Shown here: positions 56,315 to 64,000 of the stretch, piece by piece
Layout of the letters: the number at the start of each line of letters is the position of its first letter
Numbering within the stretch: position 1 is the first letter of the stretch
The notes under the pieces: generated by a model
Told to the model about the DNA's origin: nothing
Database searches by the model: none
The model's input: only the letters and a program-made list of their open reading frames with translations
Position numbers and translations under genes: made by a program
DNA from: Chrysomallon squamiferum
Lineage: Eukaryota; Animalia; Mollusca
NCBI GenBank assembly: GCA_012295275.1
Contig: CM022673.1
Span: 11,470,001 to 11,534,000 of the forward strand
Length of the DNA stretch: 64,000 nucleotides
Direction of reading: 5' to 3'

Positions 56315-58764
56315 ACAAGTTTAAAGCATAGGTAAAAAAAAAAAAAAAAAACGAGACATCCTCTGCTGGTTTTATCTACACCTGTACACTCCCTGAAGCT
56401 TACTGCATTAACCAGCTGACAAAGAGAGTCTCACAAACAGATGAATGTTTTACAACACCACAGCTTACACAACATCAGTAATAAACCAGGAAGAATCTGC
56501 TTTTATTGTTGTTTTACAACAACTTGTCTACTTTAATTAATGTTGGTTTATGATTGCTCGACAAAGCATTAGAAATATTTTACTGCCCCACATTATGTCT
56601 GAGTTTTTCTACCCAAAGAAAATGATATTTAAAGAGATATTTTTAATTAGTCTTTGCAAAGCTGCCAACTTACTTAAGTTTTCATTCTCAACTGATTCTA
56701 AGACTCTGTACAGAATACTTAAAGGTACCTTCTCAGCTTAGTTCAAGACTTGGTACAGGAAATGACACAACACAAACAGAAATAGTCACAACTGAATCTT
56801 TTCACTGAAATCAACACAAAGCTTTAACTGAAACCAAAAGATTTAAAAAGATGTTTTAGTTTAAGTCAATGAATGAAAACTGAAAAAAGAAATTAAACAT
56901 TCTAAACTGAATTTCTTGTATAGAAACCAATATTTAAAAAAAAAAAAACAGACACAGGCAACAGCTACAAATGCAGTTCCCATTGCTTAATTAGTGTTTT
57001 ACTGAAATGCACCCTCTTCTTATGTAATTATTTAAGAAAGGACAATATGTTTTGTGCTGTTGCCTACAAAAAGGTAAAGCAAAAACACATTCTTTAATAA
57101 ACACAAGTTAAGAAGCAATGTCTAGGACATGAAAAATAAAAGAAAAAAGTAAAAGAAAGTCCTTTTATGTTGTACACCTCACCAGTTAACTCTGGAGTCA
57201 GGATGCGATCCTTGTACCTAACAGTCATAATTACTAAGGTTTAACCACAGTTTGGCAAAACTGAAAATACAAAGAATCTACTGTATGCCTTACCATTCAT
57301 GGTGGAAGGATAAGAAGAACTCAAACTGTCATTACAGAGTAATTAACAGGAAAGTAAAGACGTACTGGCTTCGTGTTCCTACAATTAACACTCAAAGTAG
57401 ACTGCACTTAAGTTTGGCAAATGTTTCTATGTTTATCAAGAGCTCTGCTGTTTGTTCATCTTCAACTACTTAAACCAATCAGAAATACTGCAGGTTCCAG
57501 ACTGAAATGATTTGAAAAAATGTCCCATTCTTTACATCTCAAGTGATTTAACAAGGTAATAATCTCTAACAATTTAAACAAGTTCAGAAAGCCTGATAGT
57601 TCCATGTTGTAATCATTTTCTTATTTAACCATATTAAATTATTAAAAATGTAAAATGCTTTTATTTATTTATTTATTTATTTATTTATTTTAATTTTAAA
57701 TATAAATATAAATTGTTTATGAAAGTCTGGGGGAAAAAAATAGAAAATCATCAATATTTACGTCTTATTTGAAAACTTCAGGAAAGTGCTAATCTGATAT
57801 TTTTTAAACATATATGCTGTTGCAGTATTATTACTCTAGTCAACTATCATTATGATTCTAACTGGATAGTTAATTGGAGCCATGAATCATCTGGAAAAGT
57901 GTCTTATGGTCAACATGTGAGTAACTGGGCAAGTGGCAGCCCTCACTGTCCATCAGAACCCAATTAACAGCTGTTGTGATTAATAACCGACTGCTGTGCA
58001 ATTTTCAATATGAAAAGCTATTACAATCATGCTGCATTAATTAAATTATCCACACAACCCACAAGCCAGCTGAGATGAAATATAAAAATAAAAATTTAGA
58101 ATTATGTAATACAACATTTTTGTTATTTGTAATCAATTTAAAAAAGAAAAAGAAACAAAAGATGAAAGTGTTTTTAAAGAAGGTGGGGGGAAAGAAAGAA
58201 AAAAAAGATGAGTCTTGGTTTATATATATATATATGAAAAAAATGGATGAAAATTACTATTTAAAATGTAGAATGAGCTTGAAATGTTTATCTTTCCAAC
58301 ATTTACTTTATTTATTTTACTTACTTACTTATTTGCTAGATTATTATCAAAGTAACTTATTTTTGAAGGTAACAGTATGATGTGTAATAAATATATTCTC
58401 AAGGATTCAGACACTGTCTAAATGGGAGGTCTTCAGCTTAGTAGGGTTACTTAGGAATCAATGCAGACAAAGTACTGGGATATTTTACATACATTTCTTA
58501 ATTACCTACATCAGGAGTAGGTTGAAAATGTCTGTTCCTGGCATCTAGCTTTTCAAATCATTAAACTTGATTGGCCTGGAGTATTTTCAATCACTGGAAT
58601 TAAACTGTGACTACACCAGATCAGGTTCAACATATGGCAAAATGAACTTACAACAGATGGCTTCAGTTCTGAAGTGCATCGTGAAAAACATGAATGAATA
58701 TTGACTTTTTTCTGCATTATGACCCATAGATTTTCTTTTTTTTACTTTTTAATATATATATATA

Positions 58765-58797
<33 letters not shown>

Positions 58798-61397
58798 TAA
58801 TTAATTTTCACAAATTTTCAGTAGATGTTCAAAACATGAAAATTCAAGCTATACTTTTTATAAGTGTTTTTTTTATTTGTCTTTGTTTATCATAAAAAAG
58901 CATCTAGCTATTCAATGCTTTTAAATTTATCAATGACATTTGATAAGTAAATTATTAACAAGACATATTATTTTAGAATTTTATTTGTGTGAGAATGAAT
59001 GAAAAAATATTTTTTTCTTTACAAGAATGTGTTGCCCTAAGGTCAGTGTTACTGTGATGAGTCTTCAAATATTTTTTCTTTCAAAGGTTATAAAAGGAAT
59101 CATTTTCACAATCAAGTCATTTGATCATATAAAAAAAAAGAACAAAGAATACATTGGCTTTAGGGTATTATGAAAATATGTAATCTGTCTAGACTGAAGA
59201 TTTATCACATAAATATATATAAAGTATTCTTCAATATAACAATGATATATATGTTAGAATTATTTGGTTAAGCTAGATCAAAGTTGTGCAAAGACAAAAA
59301 TGCAGTATAAGAGCCAAAAACAAATAATGTATATACAAATTAAAAAATGTCTTTCACTGAAGATTTTGCCAAAAGTATAAGAGACAAAACATTTAAAAAT
59401 ATTTCAGTATTTTTTCTCTTCCCCTCTTGGTCCCTGCATTTCTCCATCTCTGGCAAAAGAACTTCATGAAAACAAATATTTATAAAATATTTATCCTTAT
59501 CGTTATCAAAACTTGACCTGTCTTATAGCATTCTGTTTATGACTCTGATATACATAGATCCTGAAGCTTTGGTGATAGATAAGATGGTATAAGATGTAAT
59601 AAATATTGTATGAAAACAACTACAAAGACACTTTTCCCTGGTCTGTTTACGCAGAAGCTGGATCAACATTCTGTTGTAATAACTTTTCGGCAAACATTAA
59701 TTTCGGTTGTAAAACTGTCTGCCAGATAAGCTTGGCAAATGTTATAAAAACTCCTGAAGAGATGAGTGGAAAATCAACAACCAAAAAGGAGATGCAAAAC
59801 AAAAAAAGAAGAATAAATGATTGAATAAATGTACAGATAAATGGATGAATGAATGTTTAATGCCAGGGCATTAAGGGCAACCTTAAAAAAGATAAAAATA
59901 AATTAATTAATATGGTTATTTTACAAAAGTAAAACAATAAACAAATACATATATATATATATATATATGGATGTTTGAATGCAGAGAAAAAACACCAGGT
60001 AGTAGGTGTCAACATAAGGTAAAAATAATTATCAAAGAAAGATAAGTGGAAGAATGAATTTATGTTCAGTATCAATCCTTCACTCCACACAAACATAAAC
60101 ACGCATATATTTGCATATGCTAAGATCTGTGCAAATCTCCAATGGGTACATATTCTTTGACATTTTGTTTCAGGATAAATATGTATTTTTTCTGCTAGTG
60201 TAAAAAAGAAATGGCGTAAGTAACTCTGGTATCTGACTGCAAGATGAGTAGGAAACAATTTTATATGTGAAAGAAGCCAATTAGACTTTGTCATGAAGAT
60301 GCAGAGTATTGATACTGTATCCAACAGCTGAAAGTAACTTACAAAATAATTCTTCTGAGTCAATTCTTATTCCTGCACAACAAACCTGAGTACTTGGAAA
60401 ATGTCCATCAATTACATGCTACATCAAGAGTTGGCTGAAATCAAATTTTTTCAAGTCAAGAAAAGAAGTTGTTTTTATTATTATTATTATTGTTTTATTA
60501 CTACTACTACTACTACTACTATTATTATTATTAATATCATTATCATCATTATTATTCTAGTATATTAAATGTGATATTCAGAAAGATACTCTTTTATAAT
60601 TTTAAAACCAAAATATTTAGAAAAATCCATGATCTTTTAGACAGAAAAGTCTTAAATGTGATATTAAATGTGATAGCTGATTTATTTATAATTATTTCAT
60701 CTTTTTTCATTATTAATTTTTTTTATTTTATTTTTTTTATTATTATTATTATTTTTAATGTACATGGAAGGCCAAAAAAAAAAAAAAAAAAAAAAAAATA
60801 TATGGAATGTATAATTACTTGTCATTATCTGTATCTAAATCTTTCAAATATACTGATTTTAGAAAAGAAATATTTTGCAATAAATCTGAGAGAATCTAAA
60901 TTTATATATGTTTTAATCTACTAAGTTCATGAAATGATGATAACATCTGTTTATGTTTCATTCTTTATCAGTGCTTGAAATTTTTTCACATTTCAAAAGA
61001 AAAATGTCTGGTGGACAGATAACCAAACATATGGTCAGATGAACGGACAAGAAAAAACCATGTGATAAGAAATGAATATGGAATTGATAGCACAGAATAT
61101 ATGAAGACATACAGATTAAACTAAGTAATTAAACTCTCATTTTTAGATTAGCTAAAATAAAAGGATATAGATCTAAAAAATAATAACAAAAAATAAAAAT
61201 AAAAAATAAATAAATAAATTAAAAAAATACATATATATTAATGCAAAGTGTTTCATATTCCTTTTTTCTTTCTCTCATTGTAAAGTAAAAAGTAGTACTA
61301 ATAAACATGTTTTCCCTCAAACTTTTCTTTACTCATTCATTTTCTTTCTCTCCCTACTCTACCCTCATCTTTTCCCAACTTTCCTGCCTCCTACAGC

Positions 61398-61404
<7 letters not shown>

Positions 61405-61482
<78 letters not shown>
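61405..61482. repeat. (TC)n microsatellite
   Basis: Direct reading. Confidence 0.95.
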
Positions 61483-61483
<1 letters not shown>

Positions 61484-61629
61484 TGTAAAAACAATAAGGA
61501 AATGTGACAGAAACATCTACCAATTTTTTTTTTTTTTTTTAAATTTCCCAGGACCGTAATCTTCTTAATACCATCTTGAAAAAAAGATGATATGCATGAC
61601 TCATTCAGCCATATGTAAAAAACATACTG

Positions 61630-61663
<34 letters not shown>

Positions 61664-63475
61664 ATAAAAAAATTGACAGCAATGATTTAATGATAGAAAC
61701 TATTTTTTTTAAATCAGCAGTAAGTTTTAAGAGTTTTTGAAAGATAAACCAAGACCAGAAAAAAGAAAAAAAAGAAACATTCATTGTGATTAACTTCAAG
61801 AAATCTGACACGAGATCATCTTGTGTGGCCTAACAGGAGACTAGTGCAGAATTATCATACATTGTCTCAATTTAAAGTGAAAAAGAAATCTATTTTGAGT
61901 GCCACAAACCAGTGCATGATGATAAAAGTTTCAAATAAGGAAACGATGTGCATGCATGGATCACTTTTTGATATTTTCTATTACACATTTTTAGGCTGGC
62001 CTTGAAGAGTGTAAAACTACAAATGTAAATCAAAACTGCAATTAATAAACTGCAAAACAAAAACAAACAAAAAAAATGAAAACAGAATGTCAAAATAAGA
62101 GTTTTTTGTTTGAAAAATTAAGTCAGAGACCTAAAATATCTTTTAATTTTAAAAAAGAAAAACAAATGTCAGTTTTTCAGAAGATATATAATTTAACAGT
62201 GTGATAATGTCGTTTTATATTACATTTCATAAACAAATATCTTAATTATCAAGATTTCTGTCTTAATATATATATGTGTGTTTTCATGCATGAAATATTT
62301 GTCTGTGTACAAATGTGTATGTATGCATGTGAGTGTATGTATATAGATAAGTGTGAATGTGTGCGTGTATGTGAGAGAGAGACAGAGAGAGAGAAAGAGA
62401 GAGTGCTTATGGATAATGCAAATAAATACAACAATTAATAAATACACTTTAATCATAAAAAATAATACCACTGATACCACTAACAACAATACATTATTAT
62501 TATTATTATTATTATTAATTCTTTAAATAATTAAACAAGGTAAATAAAAATAATTATTCCAAACAGTCTATTACTGACAACTACTGAGACTGAAAAATGG
62601 ACTTTGACTAACATGCCATATGGTTTATGCACATTTGTAATGGACACAGACTGTCTTTCAGCTGCTGAGCCTGTGTGAAAAACACACTACACATCACACA
62701 CACCTTTTAACCTTACAGAGAAATGCAGCAGAAGAAATACATTGATAGGAACAAACATCTTGCATTGTGTTTGCTGCACTTGCATGTACTACACATGCCA
62801 GGGGTTAGCTTCCTACAAAATAATGCAAATACCTGCGAGGATAAAAAACATAGGTAAATTCCAGAGATCAAACATTCATCTTGCTCTGTCTAACAGGTAT
62901 GTAAGTCAAGGTGATAAAACAGGAGCAGAATGGTGAAATTATCACGGATGGCCAGTGTTAATTTTCATCAACTGAAGACAGCAAGGTGAAACTACTAGGG
63001 ATGACCAGCACAAATCTGCTGCCAAGAGAAGCAAATAAAAACAGCATTATAGATAGATGGCTATAGTGAATGTATACCCAATTATTAGATTAAGGTGAAA
63101 TTATTAGAGATGTTCACCATTGATTTTCAGCCAACAAAAACAAGGCAAGTGTTATATATAGATAACCACCATGAATTTTCAGAACTGACCATCATAGATT
63201 TGCTGCTAATTATTAAAAAGAGGTAGAAGTTAGCATAATGTCCGCGACAGATTATTATGAACAACAATAAATATTTACCTTGCACTGCCAACAGTGAACT
63301 TAATAATGTAAAATCATTATGACTGACAAGCACAGATATGCTAACATGAGAAAACAATTTAAGTATAATTGTTACAAATAAGGAACATCAATTTGGATAA
63401 AAATATAATCAGTGATTAATTTAAATTTGGAATTTTGGATTATTTGATGGCCATAATGAATCTTGATTTTTACTG

Positions 63476-63517
<42 letters not shown>

Positions 63518-64000
63518 ACCTAAAAATTAATAAAAATAAATTAAAAATCTTTAAAATAAGTAAATAATTTACAAGTATTATTTACTACAGGTTAAGCAGA
63601 ACCAGATTCAGTGAAATACATTCTTTTATGATCAGGGTGATTATGCAACACTATTTTGGGGAATTTTAGATCATATGTTGGTTTAAGACATTAGTGCAGA
63701 ATATTAAACTAGGATGTTTTTCATTTAAGCTGTATGTTCACACCATGTACAAGAGTACTAAATAACAATAAGGCTTTCTGGTTTTAATATACAGAAACAG
63801 TAAGTGAGAAAGAAGTCTGTCAAAATCTAACAGTAGGTTAACACTTAAGATTGGTAACAAAATGTACAAGTTATGAAGGAACTGGGGTAACGTCTGTCAG
63901 GAACAACTAAGAAGAGCTGACCAAACAAATTGAGGTTATCAGCAAAACATCAACTTGAGTAATGATGAAAAGTTACAAGTATGTCCTGATCGATGATTGG

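Overview
AT-rich, microsatellite-rich, CpG-depleted metazoan genomic DNA, probably an invertebrate and possibly a mollusc (inference only). Most of the window is one minus-strand gene, an ARHGAP39/Vilse/CrGAP orthologue (WW-MyTH4-RhoGAP). Thirteen coding exons from 38880 to the stop at 12146 join in phase, giving about 1016 aa. The exon for the first WW domain was not found and probably lies beyond 64000. One intron in the MyTH4 region (16520-17025) is a clear U12-type AT-AC minor-spliceosome intron. The 5' introns hold several candidate alternative first exons that join in frame: a Tyr/Cys/Asn repeat exon, a Cys-rich leader, a transmembrane-like leader and a short leader. These would replace one or both WW domains, but this is a hypothesis. 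At the left end are a CpG-rich promoter-like region (octamer, YY1, CCAAT) and a decayed hAT transposase. Several minisatellites are also present. No prokaryotic systems, CRISPR arrays, rRNA or tRNA were seen.
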